Shown in pieces: positions 1 to 10,085 of a DNA stretch of 64,000 bases (its first letter is position 1; each line of letters starts with the position of its first letter). The position numbers and the translations under genes were made by a program. The notes beneath the pieces are model-generated. The model made no database searches. It had not been told where the DNA came from and was given only the letters and a program-made list of their open reading frames with translations. Source of the stretch: an uncultured Candidatus Saccharibacteria bacterium (GTDB taxonomy: Bacteria > Patescibacteriota > Minisyncoccia > Phycocordibacterales > DATDWN01); assembly GCA_964551495.1 (NCBI GenBank), contig CAZKCA010000003.1:4535-68534 (forward strand), in the 5' to 3' direction.

Positions 1-333
1 TGGAAACAATTAGAGGCAGCAGATGAAATAAATGAGATAGTTTCAGCTTTAGTAGTTCAACTAACAGAAAAAATAATAGGTGGAGCTGTGTCAGGACTTA
101 GAGGTCTAACAAGTGGATCAAGTGAAACAAACAACAGGGCTTTTATAGAACAACTTGCAAACCAGTCTCCTGAAACACTAGAGGAAGATGCTGAGAGAAT
201 AAGAACAATACAAGAAGATGCCAATAGGGTGGTAGATAATGTTGAAAAAGCCACAAATGATGCTGCCAATGATCCTAATGCAAACACACCACTAGGACCT
301 TCTGGAGTATTTCCAACTGAACCACAACCTTAA
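1..333 (+). CDS. 3' part of a gene that starts upstream of the window (hypothetical, Asn/Glu-rich tail)
   Basis: Frame 1 is open from nt 1 to the stop at 331-333. The listed 88..333 ORF is the in-window part. Confidence 0.4.
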   Translation, partial: WKQLEAADEINEIVSALVVQLTEKIIGGAVSGLRGLTSGSSETNNRAFIEQLANQSPETLEEDAERIRTIQEDANRVVDNVEKATNDAANDPNANTPLGPSGVFPTEPQP

Positions 334-2555
334 TGAGAAAAATTGCTTCTTACATTTTAATAATAACTTTGATTTTAGGAATACTTGTTCCTTCATTTAC
401 TTATGGACAAGTAAATCTTCCAAGTGTAAGTGGACCACTTAATCCAGTTGCACAGGCTAGCTCAACCCAAGGTGACTTAATAAGGGGAGCGTCTCAACCT
501 CAGATACAAAGTCAAGACTCTTGTGGTTTTATTTGTTGGGGAATTTTATTCGCAGTTAACAATCTTGCCTCTGTGGTTATGCGCTTAGCTTCTCTTTTGA
601 TGTGGCTTTCTGGAACACTTTTAGATTATATTTTGATATACACGATTGTTAATTTTGCAGAAAATATATCAAAAATGGATGGTATTCAAGTAACCTGGAT
701 TGTGATTAGGGACTTGATGAATCTTGGTTTCGTATTTCTGTTACTTTATCAGGGTATAAGAATGATTTTAGGAAGATCAAACAACGCAAAGCAAGTTATT
801 TTTGGAATCGTCTTGGCTTCTATACTGATAAACTTTAGTTTGTTTTTTACAAAAGTAATGATAGATGGATCCAATGTTTTAACATTAGGATTTTACAATG
901 CTATCGTTGATACAAGCCAACAAGAAAAGATCCAGAAAAATTTGGGAGGATTTTCCCTTGAATCAGTAGGTGGTTCAAACCAAACCGGTATATCTGGAGC
1001 ATATGTAAACTCTTTGGGTGTTCACAGATTTTACGATAAGAATGGTCTTGTAAAGATCATGGACACAAACAAACAAGAATCTTTGCTTATAATAACACTG
1101 TCTGCGATAGTAATTTTTGTAATGGTAGCTGTTATCTTTTTTGCTATAGCTATTATGTTTCTAGTCAGATACGCAGTTCTTATTGTTCTTTTGATGTTTT
1201 CTCCTTTGGCTGTTATGGGTATTGCTATACCCGCAGTTAAAAGCATGCAGGAACAGTGGTGGAAAACCCTTATGGGACAAGTCATTTTTGCTCCTCTATA
1301 CATGGTAATGACTTGGGTTGTATTAACTCTTATAAATAGTCCTGGATTCAATCCCTTGGCAAGCAATGGGGGTGATTGGGCGGGTCTTCTTATAAAAGGA
1401 GAGGTAGACAACATAGGACTTATAATAAACTTTGTGATTGTTATTGTTCTAACAATAATGACACTTAGTGTCTCCAAAAAATATGCAACTCAAGGTTCTA
1501 CCAAAATAAGTGAGTGGACAAACAAGGTAACAACATTTGCTGGTGGAGCAGTCTTAGGTGGAGCAGCGGTTGCCGGAAGAAATACTATTGGCTGGGGAGC
1601 TGATGCTCTTTCAAAAAATGAAAAAATAAAAGACGTAGCTTCTAGAGGTGGTGTAGGAGGATTTTTTGCTAAAAACTTAATAAAAACTGCTGACAGAACA
1701 GCTACAAGCACTTTTGATGTAAGAGCAACAAAACTAGCAGATCAATCAAAGAAAACACTTGGAGTAGACTTTGGAAAAGTTGATAAGAAAAAATCAAACT
1801 ACAGAGCAATACTTGAGCAAAAAGGTAAGGATGAAGAAGCTTTTGCTAAAAAACTAAAACCTAACGACAAGTTATATGATATAGCAAAAGAAACAGATAC
1901 TTATAACAAAGAGCAACTAAAATCTGTGATGGATGAAAACAAAAAATCCAAAGATTTAATAGATGAGAACGTAAAAGACAAGAAAGAGGAAGTAGAAAAA
2001 ATAAATAAGGAAATAAATAAACTTGAAAAAGAAATTGATAAATCTGTTATTAAGGAAACAAAAGACAGATTAATAGCAGAGATGGAAACTTTGAAAAAAG
2101 AATCTGAACTGAAACAAAAAGATCTAGATTCTCTAGTTGAATTATCTAAACAAACAACTAAAGCATACAACGAATCTAAGAAAAATCATGATGAATATAA
2201 ATCAAATGAAGAGAAGGTTTTAAATGATATATATGGAGAACGAGTTAAACAATATGCAGATAAAATAGAATATGAAAGTAATATGTCTGTATTCCTTAAA
2301 GATCTCTTAATTAAAACACCTACACTTGGTTTTATTGGAGGAGCATCTGGAAACACAAAAGAACAAAATAGAATTATTGCTAAAAAAATAAGAGGTGTAA
2401 CTAAATCAAAAACAGCAGAACAAGAAGCAAAAGAGCTTCTAAAAAAGATGAGAAAAGAAGCCAAAGAGAAAGGTGAAAAATTTGATGATGACGAAGAAGA
2501 GGAACCAAAAAATGAAGATAAAGGTGATAAAACAGAAGATAAAAAAACCTCATAA
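333..2555 (+). CDS. VirB6/TrbL-like type IV secretion membrane protein with a long Lys/Glu-rich coiled-coil tail
   Basis: N-terminal signal peptide, about six TM helices in the first ~400 aa, and a C-terminal charged coiled-coil extension typical of Gram-positive-type VirB6 homologues. It sits in a cluster with VirB4 and PrgI-like genes. Confidence 0.5.
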   Translation: MRKIASYILIITLILGILVPSFTYGQVNLPSVSGPLNPVAQASSTQGDLIRGASQPQIQSQDSCGFICWGILFAVNNLASVVMRLASLLMWLSGTLLDYILIYTIVNFAENISKMDGIQVTWIVIRDLMNLGFVFLLLYQGIRMILGRSNNAKQVIFGIVLASILINFSLFFTKVMIDGSNVLTLGFYNAIVDTSQQEKIQKNLGGFSLESVGGSNQTGISGAYVNSLGVHRFYDKNGLVKIMDTNKQESLLIITLSAIVIFVMVAVIFFAIAIMFLVRYAVLIVLLMFSPLAVMGIAIPAVKSMQEQWWKTLMGQVIFAPLYMVMTWVVLTLINSPGFNPLASNGGDWAGLLIKGEVDNIGLIINFVIVIVLTIMTLSVSKKYATQGSTKISEWTNKVTTFAGGAVLGGAAVAGRNTIGWGADALSKNEKIKDVASRGGVGGFFAKNLIKTADRTATSTFDVRATKLADQSKKTLGVDFGKVDKKKSNYRAILEQKGKDEEAFAKKLKPNDKLYDIAKETDTYNKEQLKSVMDENKKSKDLIDENVKDKKEEVEKINKEINKLEKEIDKSVIKETKDRLIAEMETLKKESELKQKDLDSLVELSKQTTKAYNESKKNHDEYKSNEEKVLNDIYGERVKQYADKIEYESNMSVFLKDLLIKTPTLGFIGGASGNTKEQNRIIAKKIRGVTKSKTAEQEAKELLKKMRKEAKEKGEKFDDDEEEEPKNEDKGDKTEDKKTS

Positions 2556-2563
2556 AAAACACT

Positions 2564-3490
2564 ATGGAATACGAAAATTTAAATGAAATGCCAGAATATG
2601 TAAAAAAACTACCTGTTGAGGTACAGGCTTTGATTCTTGAAGGGGTTTGGCAACAAAGAACACATGAAGTTGCTGAAAAATATAGTCTTAACGAAAATCA
2701 AACAGAAAACCTACTAGATCAAACTATTTTAACATTGATAGGATTAGAAAATCCTAGTAATTTTATAAACACACTAGTTACAGATTTAGGAATTTCAAGA
2801 CTTCTAGCAGAACAAATAGTGTTAGATTTGGATAAAAGAGTTTTTAGTTATGCTGTTAAATTTATTGAATCAAACGAAAAAACAGAAGAAAAAACTCTTT
2901 CTTCAGAGGTGTTAGATATATTGAATACACCAGAAGAACCTACCAAATCTGAAATGAAAGATTCTAATGGTCTAAATCACCTAAGATCTATGTCAGGAGA
3001 TATGAAATCTGCTGAGAATGGAAAAATGGAAGCAAAACCAGAACCAAAAACTTGGCTAGAAGAATTAAAGCTAAATAACTCATCCAAAGAAACAAAACCT
3101 GAAGTTTCTCCTTTGGAACAAAAAATTGGATCGGCTCCAGTTAATCTTCCAGGAGTAGATGTCAGTCAAAGTCCTATAAAAACAGAAGAAAGAGAGATGC
3201 AAAAACCAAAAACTCAAACAGAGTTTATTCAAAGACCTATTTCTGTTCCTAGATATACAGCAGATTTAAGCGAAAAAGATGAAGGAGAATACCTTTTAAA
3301 AAAATCTGGTATTTTCCCAGAAAAAGAAGACTCTGAACACAGACCAGTAGGACTTAAGCCAGATATGACCTATCATAAACAATCACCAAAAGATTTCCCT
3401 GAAATTAAGACAGAAAATACAAAAAATAATTCTGCACAAGAAACCCCTAAGAAATACACCTCAGATCCATATAGAGAACCAATAGAATAG
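2564..3490 (+). CDS. hypothetical acidic protein in the T4SS cluster
   Basis: Long ORF co-directional with neighbours and tightly spaced. No recognisable motifs. Confidence 0.4.
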   Translation: MEYENLNEMPEYVKKLPVEVQALILEGVWQQRTHEVAEKYSLNENQTENLLDQTILTLIGLENPSNFINTLVTDLGISRLLAEQIVLDLDKRVFSYAVKFIESNEKTEEKTLSSEVLDILNTPEEPTKSEMKDSNGLNHLRSMSGDMKSAENGKMEAKPEPKTWLEELKLNNSSKETKPEVSPLEQKIGSAPVNLPGVDVSQSPIKTEEREMQKPKTQTEFIQRPISVPRYTADLSEKDEGEYLLKKSGIFPEKEDSEHRPVGLKPDMTYHKQSPKDFPEIKTENTKNNSAQETPKKYTSDPYREPIE

Positions 3491-3525
3491 TTTTTGTATA
3501 AACAAAAGTTTTATATAATAAAAAT

Positions 3526-3960
3526 ATGAGATACCAAATACCTCAATTTATTGAAGTAGAAGATAAAATAATAGGACCACTGACTATAAAACAGTTTTTA
3601 TACTTGGCTGGGGGAGCAGGAATGAGTTTTATTGCTTATAGTCTTTTACCTGTAATTATTTCTATTTTCATTATTTTAGGTATAGCAGGGTTATCTTTGG
3701 CTTTAGCTTTTTACAAAGTAAACAACAAAAACTTTGTGGAATTTTTGGAAGCTATGTTTCTTTATTACACCAAAGAAAGACTTTATATTTGGAAAAAAGT
3801 CCCAAAAGAAATTGTTAAAAAACAAGAAAAAGAACCTGACCCTGTTCAAATGTATGTTCCAAGACTTTCAGATAGTAAACTAAAAGACCTAGCTTGGAAT
3901 TTAGATATAAATGAAAATTTAAACCCTCTAACAGGCAAAGATGGAAAGAAAACAAATTAA
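3526..3960 (+). CDS. PrgI/VirB3-like small membrane protein
   Basis: The N-terminus MRYQIPQFIEVEDKIIGPLTIKQFLYLAGG followed by a TM hairpin matches the PrgI-family pattern (EDKIFGPxTxRQFLYL). It lies immediately upstream of VirB4. Confidence 0.5.
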   Translation: MRYQIPQFIEVEDKIIGPLTIKQFLYLAGGAGMSFIAYSLLPVIISIFIILGIAGLSLALAFYKVNNKNFVEFLEAMFLYYTKERLYIWKKVPKEIVKKQEKEPDPVQMYVPRLSDSKLKDLAWNLDINENLNPLTGKDGKKTN

Positions 3961-4012
3961 TAATTAACAATAATTTAACTAATTAAATTATTTTTTGTGA
4001 TACAATTAATCC

Positions 4013-4654
4013 ATGGCTGTTTCTTCAAAAGCAACACAAGAATTTGTCCCAATAAAGGAAGTTAGGGATGGAATAATAATACTTAAAGATGGCTCCATGA
4101 GAGCGATTGTGTTAGCTTCTTCTTTAAACTTTTCTCTAAAATCAGATGATGAAAGAAATGCGATAATTGCTCAATTTCAAGATTTTCTAAACTCACTTGA
4201 TTTCAGTACCCAAATATCTATTCAATCAAGGAGGCTTGATATAAGGCCTTATATAGCTCTTTTAGAGGAAAGATACAAAGAACAAATAAACGAATTGATG
4301 AAGATACAAACAAGAGAATATATAGAGTTTGTTCAAAAATTTACAGAAAGCACAAACATAATGACAAAAAGTTTCTTTATTGTAGTCCCTTATGATCCAG
4401 TTATGATAGACGTTAAAGGTGGAATAAGTCCTGAAATATTTAAAAAGAAATCAGAGGAAGAAAAAACAAGAATAAAAATGGCCTCTTTTGAAGAAAACAG
4501 AACACAAATAGAACAAAGAGTGGCTGTGATAGAACAAGGACTTGTTAGATGTGGAATAAGGGTAATAAGATTAGGAACAGAAGAGGTTATAGAGTTGTTC
4601 TATAAAGCATTTAACCCTGGGGACACAGAAAAACCTATAAAATTAGAAAATTAA
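4013..4654 (+). CDS. VirB4-type conjugative ATPase, N-terminal segment (split gene)
   Basis: The N-terminus (QEFVPIKEVRDGIIILKDGSMRAIVLASSLNFSLKSDDE) is the conserved start of Gram-positive VirB4/PrgJ/TcpF proteins. Its stop codon at 4652-4654 is 1 nt before the start of the ATPase ORF, which is in a different frame. Confidence 0.6.
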   Translation: MAVSSKATQEFVPIKEVRDGIIILKDGSMRAIVLASSLNFSLKSDDERNAIIAQFQDFLNSLDFSTQISIQSRRLDIRPYIALLEERYKEQINELMKIQTREYIEFVQKFTESTNIMTKSFFIVVPYDPVMIDVKGGISPEIFKKKSEEEKTRIKMASFEENRTQIEQRVAVIEQGLVRCGIRVIRLGTEEVIELFYKAFNPGDTEKPIKLEN

Positions 4655-4655
4655 T

Positions 4656-6467
4656 ATGGGATTATTTGATTTTTTCAAAAATAATAATAAAGAACCAGAA
4701 ATAACTTCTATACTTCCACATGAAGTCTACGAAGCTGGGGCTTTGGAATTAAAAGACATTATAGCTCCAAGCGCCCTAAAAATAACACCAAAAGAAATAA
4801 ATTTGGGAGAGAAAATTGTTAGAAGCTTCTTTGTTATATCTTATCCAAGATACCTTTCAGAAGGATGGTTTGCTCCTATAATAAACCTCGATAAAATATT
4901 TGATGTTTCTATTTTCATACAACCTTTGGAAACTGGCGCCGTCCTTAGAAGTTTTCAGAAAAAAGTAGCTGAAGTTCAAAGTCAAATTAGCATAAGAGAA
5001 CAAAAAGGTTTAGTTAGAAACCCAATGCTTGATACTGCTTATCAAGACCTAGAAAACCTACGGGATCAGCTACAACAAGCCCAGGAAAAACTTTTTGATG
5101 TTGGACTTTATATAACAATATACGGAGATTCTGAATCAGAAATAGATAAAACAGAGTCAGAAATAAAATCTATACTTGAATCAAAACTTGTTTATGTAAA
5201 ACCAGCACTTTTCCAACAAGAGCAAGGTTTTAAAACAAATATTCCTTTGGCTACAGATGAATTGAATATTTACAGCAAACTAAACTCTTCACCTCTTTCA
5301 TCTTTGTTTCCTTTTATTTCTTTTGACCTTACTTCTGATAAAGGTATTTTGTATGGAATAAATAGACACAACTCAAGTCTTATTCTTTTTGATAGGTTTT
5401 CTTTGGAAAACTACAACTCTATTACGTTTGCAAAATCTGGTGCTGGTAAATCTTATGCTACCAAACTAGAAATATTGAGAACTTTAATGTTTGATGTAGA
5501 TGTTATCGTAATCGATCCAGAGAGAGAATATGAGTATTTAGCAGAAACAGTTGGAGGAAGATATTTCAATATCTCTCTTAACTCCGAACACCACATAAAT
5601 CCTTTCGAGCTACCAACGCCAGCAGAAGGGGAGTCTTTTGCTAATGTTTTTAGGTCAAACGTAATTAACTTGGTTGGTCTTTTTAGAATTATGATGGGAG
5701 GACTTACTCCAGAAGAAGATGCTTTGGTTGATAAGGCTATTACAGAAACATACGCCCTAAAAGATATAACCCCTGATTCAGATTTTACAAACATAGAACC
5801 TCCTTTAATGTCTGATTTTGAACTGGTTCTTTCTGGTATGGAAGGAGGAGAATCTTTGGCTCAAAGACTAACAAAATACACAAGAGGAACTTGGGCTGGA
5901 TTTATAAACAAACCAAGCAATATAGATATAAACAAAAAATTAGTTGTTTTCTCTTTGAGAGACATGGAAGATGAATTGAAACCTATTGCTATGTATATAG
6001 TCACTCAATACATCTGGAATGTTATTAGAAAAAATATAAAGAAAAGACTACTTGTTGTAGATGAAGCTTGGTGGATGATGCGCTCAGAAGATACAGCATC
6101 TTTCTTGCTTTCTTTGGCAAAAAGAGGAAGAAAATATTATCTCGGACTAGCCACAATCACTCAAGACGTAGATGATTTCTTAAAATCTCCGTACGGAACA
6201 CCGATTATTACAAACTCTTCTATTCAGATGCTTTTGAAGCAATCTCCAACATCTATAGATAGACTGCAACAAGTATTCAATCTTACAGAGGAAGAAAAAT
6301 ATCTACTTCTGGAGTCCGATGTGGGAGAGGGAATATTCTTTGCTGGTCTTAAACATGTTGCTATAAAAATAATCGCATCTTATACCGAAGACCAGATTAT
6401 TACATCTGACCCTTCTCAAATATTGGCCATAAAGAAAGCCAAACGTGAACTTGAGCAAAATTCGTAG
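4656..6467 (+). CDS. VirB4/TrbE/CagE-family type IV secretion ATPase (C-terminal ATPase part)
   Basis: Walker A FAKSGAGKSYATK and Walker B LLVVDEAWWMM, with a C-terminal region typical of VirB4. Together with 4013..4654 it totals about 816 aa, which is VirB4 length. Confidence 0.75.
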   Translation: MGLFDFFKNNNKEPEITSILPHEVYEAGALELKDIIAPSALKITPKEINLGEKIVRSFFVISYPRYLSEGWFAPIINLDKIFDVSIFIQPLETGAVLRSFQKKVAEVQSQISIREQKGLVRNPMLDTAYQDLENLRDQLQQAQEKLFDVGLYITIYGDSESEIDKTESEIKSILESKLVYVKPALFQQEQGFKTNIPLATDELNIYSKLNSSPLSSLFPFISFDLTSDKGILYGINRHNSSLILFDRFSLENYNSITFAKSGAGKSYATKLEILRTLMFDVDVIVIDPEREYEYLAETVGGRYFNISLNSEHHINPFELPTPAEGESFANVFRSNVINLVGLFRIMMGGLTPEEDALVDKAITETYALKDITPDSDFTNIEPPLMSDFELVLSGMEGGESLAQRLTKYTRGTWAGFINKPSNIDINKKLVVFSLRDMEDELKPIAMYIVTQYIWNVIRKNIKKRLLVVDEAWWMMRSEDTASFLLSLAKRGRKYYLGLATITQDVDDFLKSPYGTPIITNSSIQMLLKQSPTSIDRLQQVFNLTEEEKYLLLESDVGEGIFFAGLKHVAIKIIASYTEDQIITSDPSQILAIKKAKRELEQNS

Positions 6468-6480
6468 TAGAATTTAAACC

Positions 6481-6867
6481 ATGGAAGCAAAAAACAAAAA
6501 AATAGGTATAGTAATGTCTTTTTTGCTAATGTATTTTGCTATATGTGCAGATCTAATACAATTTGCTCTTACTTTTTTACCTGCAGCTGGACAAATAATA
6601 AACACAATAGCAAGTATTGCTATAGGATTTGCTTTTTTTATTTGGTTTAGAATTATAGGAATAAAATTTAGCTTTATTAAAGATCCTAAAAAGATGTTTG
6701 GTGTTGTGGCTGGTCCTATAATAGAAGTTATACCTGTTATACAGGCTCTACCTGGTTGGTCTGTAGCTATATTTCTTATAATATTAAGTGTAAACAAAGG
6801 CATACACCTACCCACTAAACCGACTTCAATAAAAGAAACTATAAAAGTGGTTAAACCAAGCAAATAG
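6481..6867 (+). CDS. small polytopic membrane protein (hypothetical)
   Basis: 3-4 predicted TM helices, within the T4SS cluster. Confidence 0.4.
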   Translation: MEAKNKKIGIVMSFLLMYFAICADLIQFALTFLPAAGQIINTIASIAIGFAFFIWFRIIGIKFSFIKDPKKMFGVVAGPIIEVIPVIQALPGWSVAIFLIILSVNKGIHLPTKPTSIKETIKVVKPSK

Positions 6868-6869
6868 TT

Positions 6870-7946
6870 GTGTATAAAAAAATATTGAAGTTTTTATTGT
6901 GTGATACAATAAAACCAATGAAATATAGATATTTACTAATCTCAATATTTATAATATTTAGTTTTTTTGTTTATTCTAAAGACTCTTTTGGACAAATGTT
7001 TAACCAAGTTCCAGAAGCAAACCTGTCTATATCTTTAACACCAGAAATACCTGGCCCAAATCAAGATGTTTCTGCTGAAATTATAAGTTTTGAAACAAAC
7101 CTAGATAAAGCAAGTGTTGTTTGGAGAATAAATGGAAACATTGTTTCTAGTGGAACAGGGAAAAGAAAAATATTCTTTAAAACAGGTGGTTTAAATACAA
7201 CAACCAACCTTTCCTTAAGTGTCACCACCGCAGAAGGGGTCAACATATCAAGACAATTAACCATACGACCAACATCTGTAGATGTTATTTGGGAAGCAGA
7301 AACATATACACCTCCTTTTTTTAGAGGCAAATCACTTTTTAGCCATGAAAGTTTAATAACTTTTACAGCCATACCAAATATAACAGGACAAAATGGATCA
7401 ACTCCTTCTCCTCAAAACTTAATTTATACATGGAAAAGAAATGGTTCTGCTTTACCAGATTTTTCTGGATATGGAAAAAACACCTATAAATATAAATCTG
7501 GAATAATTTCTAGGCCAATACAAATAGAGGTTGTTGTAACTTCTCCTAACTCAGATTCTTTGGGTAGGGGATTTGCAACCGTTTATCCAATAGATCCTAT
7601 TGTTGTATTTTACGAAAAAAATCCACTTTACGGAATAATGTTTAATAAAAATATTTCAGGAAATATTGATCTTGTAAATCGAGAAGAGATAGAGATAGTG
7701 GCATTACCTTTATTTTTTAGTGGCAAAAATTTATCAAACAACCAAATTGTTTATGATTGGAAAATAAATAACTCCATAATTGATGGGAAAACACTAGAAA
7801 GATCAAAAATTTTCAGACCAATAGAAAATACTTTCGGCTCATCAATTGTTTCTGTTTCAGCACAAAACACAGATGGATTGCTTCAGTTGGCTGAGGAGGC
7901 TTTTAGTATCGAATTTACAACAAGTGATTCTAACCAAGAAATATGA
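6870..7946 (+). CDS. secreted/surface protein (hypothetical)
   Basis: N-terminal hydrophobic signal/anchor (MKYRYLLISIFIIFSFFVYS) and an Asn/Ser/Thr-rich mature region. Confidence 0.4.
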   Translation: MYKKILKFLLCDTIKPMKYRYLLISIFIIFSFFVYSKDSFGQMFNQVPEANLSISLTPEIPGPNQDVSAEIISFETNLDKASVVWRINGNIVSSGTGKRKIFFKTGGLNTTTNLSLSVTTAEGVNISRQLTIRPTSVDVIWEAETYTPPFFRGKSLFSHESLITFTAIPNITGQNGSTPSPQNLIYTWKRNGSALPDFSGYGKNTYKYKSGIISRPIQIEVVVTSPNSDSLGRGFATVYPIDPIVVFYEKNPLYGIMFNKNISGNIDLVNREEIEIVALPLFFSGKNLSNNQIVYDWKINNSIIDGKTLERSKIFRPIENTFGSSIVSVSAQNTDGLLQLAEEAFSIEFTTSDSNQEI

Positions 7947-8878
7947 TTAAGAAAATAATAATTTTAAGCTTTGTTTTATATGTGTTTTTAGGTATTTTTT
8001 CCAATGTTTCTTATGCACAGGACGTTCCTAAAGACTACACACTATTAGCACCTTTGCCAGGGATTACAACACCAGGACAAACAACAACAAATATCCAGAA
8101 ATACTTACCTGGAGCTTTTACTTTCTTATTAGGTTTTGCTGGGTTATTAGCTTTTGTAATGATAAGTTGGTCTGGTTTTCAATATATGACAACAGATGCT
8201 GTTTTTGGTAAAAGCCAAGCAAAAGAAAACCTTACAAATGCTATTTACGGACTTGTCTTGGTTCTAGCTTCTTACGCAATTTTGTATACAATAAACCCAA
8301 AAATATTAGATTTTAACTTAAATCTCCAAAGAGTTCCTGCAAGTCAAAGTAGTACAGTATCAGGATCATCTACAACAGGAACTTCTGCAAATGGAGCTTT
8401 TTCCTATAAAAACAACCGTGGTACCACTGTTTATTATGATGGTTGTGAAGCGCCCTGTGTGACTGTTGCGGGGGACTTAAAACTTTCAACTGGAGATGGT
8501 ATATCTTCTGGTTCTAATATACAACCACAAGTTAATAGTGGTTTGGGAGCAAAATTAATAACAGCCAATTCTACATTGAGTAAGGATGGTTTAAGAATTG
8601 AGGTTACCGAAGCGTGGCCACCAACAGTAAATCATAAACAAGGGTGTCATAAGATTGGAACATGTGTAGATGCTAGACCACCAAAAACAGACCTTACACC
8701 GGAAAAAATAAAAAAATCTTATGAAGCATTGGTGGCAGCTGGTACATATGTTGAATTGGAGACAAATGATGCTAATTTAATAAAAGGACTAAAAGAAATC
8801 GGTTATACTGGGGTTATACTACAACTGCCTTATCCAACCCATTTTTCTGTTTATAAAGATAGGCAAACAAAAAAATAA
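7943..8878 (+). CDS. putative T4SS pilin-like (VirB2/TrbC-like) protein with a C-terminal extension
   Basis: Signal peptide, then two hydrophobic helices (FTFLLGFAGLLAFVMISW ... IYGLVLVLASYAILYTINP) resembling conjugative pilin topology. The start overlaps the upstream gene (ATGA). Confidence 0.35.
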   Translation: MIKKIIILSFVLYVFLGIFSNVSYAQDVPKDYTLLAPLPGITTPGQTTTNIQKYLPGAFTFLLGFAGLLAFVMISWSGFQYMTTDAVFGKSQAKENLTNAIYGLVLVLASYAILYTINPKILDFNLNLQRVPASQSSTVSGSSTTGTSANGAFSYKNNRGTTVYYDGCEAPCVTVAGDLKLSTGDGISSGSNIQPQVNSGLGAKLITANSTLSKDGLRIEVTEAWPPTVNHKQGCHKIGTCVDARPPKTDLTPEKIKKSYEALVAAGTYVELETNDANLIKGLKEIGYTGVILQLPYPTHFSVYKDRQTKK

Positions 8879-8879
8879 C

Positions 8880-10085
8880 ATGTCTAGAAAAATAATAATA
8901 ATATCAACAATAGTTCTGGTAATATTCTTTATATCTTTAGCTGGTTATTACTTTTTGATACAAACAAACGAAGATGCCTCCAGTGGGGAACCTTTTAGTT
9001 TTAGAAGATTCCTACCATTTGGAGGAGAAACAATAACTCCAGAGACACCCGAAGTAGACCCCAATATACCAACCGAAGAACCTCAAATAAACTTTGCTGT
9101 AAAACTTAGAAAAATATGGTCTGAACCAGTAGCTGGTGCTTTTGTTTATGATACTCAAGAAGGCTCTATAATACGTCTAGTTGAAAGATCTACTGGTCAT
9201 GTATATGATGTGGAGCTATTTTCACCAGAAAACAGAAGAATATCAAATACAACAATACCAAAAGTTTACAATGCAGAGTGGATGAATAAAAATTCTTTTG
9301 CTGCTCAATTTTTAGAAGACGATAATGAGACGATGGAAACTTATATGGTTACTGTAAATGAACCAACATCAACCTCAACAGAGGGAAGTAGTGTTGGTAA
9401 AGTTTTAAATGAAGATATAAACTCTTTTGCTGCCGGACAAAATAGATTATTTTATCTTTCTTTAACTAGTAACTTAGGAGAGGGTTTTATTTCCAATCCA
9501 ACAAATACAAACGTTAGAAAAATATGGTCCTCACCATTAAAAGAGTTGAACCTCCAAGATATAGGTGGTAACAATGTTGCTTTATCAACAAAACCGTATC
9601 CAAACATAAATGGATTTCTATATTTAGTAAACACAACAAACGGTGTTTTTAGGAGAGTTTTAGGGAATATACCAGGTTTAACAGCTTTAGTTAGCCCAGA
9701 TGTTTTAAATGTTTTAATATTATCACAATCAAACTCAAATAGATTTTATATATACAACATATCTAATGCACAAGAAATGAATGTTAGTCCGGTAACTTTC
9801 CCAGAAAAATGTGTTTGGAGTAAAAAAGAAGTAAAAACATTCTTTTGTGCTGTGCCCAAAAACTCTATAAACTCATCCTCTTTAATCTCGTGGTATTTAG
9901 GAAGTGTATCTTTTAATGATTCTATTTGGAGATACGACTCAGAAACAGGAGTGGGGGTATCAGTTGATGGTTTAGATAAAGAAAATATAGATGTTATAAA
10001 ACCAATATTTAGCACAAATGAAAGATATCTGGTGTTTATAAATAAACAAGATGGTTCTCTTTGGAGTTTAGATTTGGAAAACTAA
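8880..10085 (+). CDS. membrane-anchored secreted protein (hypothetical)
   Basis: N-terminal TM helix followed by a long extracytoplasmic domain. It is the last gene of the plus-strand cluster. Confidence 0.4.
   Translation: MSRKIIIISTIVLVIFFISLAGYYFLIQTNEDASSGEPFSFRRFLPFGGETITPETPEVDPNIPTEEPQINFAVKLRKIWSEPVAGAFVYDTQEGSIIRLVERSTGHVYDVELFSPENRRISNTTIPKVYNAEWMNKNSFAAQFLEDDNETMETYMVTVNEPTSTSTEGSSVGKVLNEDINSFAAGQNRLFYLSLTSNLGEGFISNPTNTNVRKIWSSPLKELNLQDIGGNNVALSTKPYPNINGFLYLVNTTNGVFRRVLGNIPGLTALVSPDVLNVLILSQSNSNRFYIYNISNAQEMNVSPVTFPEKCVWSKKEVKTFFCAVPKNSINSSSLISWYLGSVSFNDSIWRYDSETGVGVSVDGLDKENIDVIKPIFSTNERYLVFINKQDGSLWSLDLEN

Noticed and set aside
1031-2464. Minus-strand ORFs (1031-1477, 1490-1711, 1901-2170, 2186-2464) inside the VirB6-like gene
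   Set aside because: Antisense frames of an AT-rich, Lys-rich coding region. No support.
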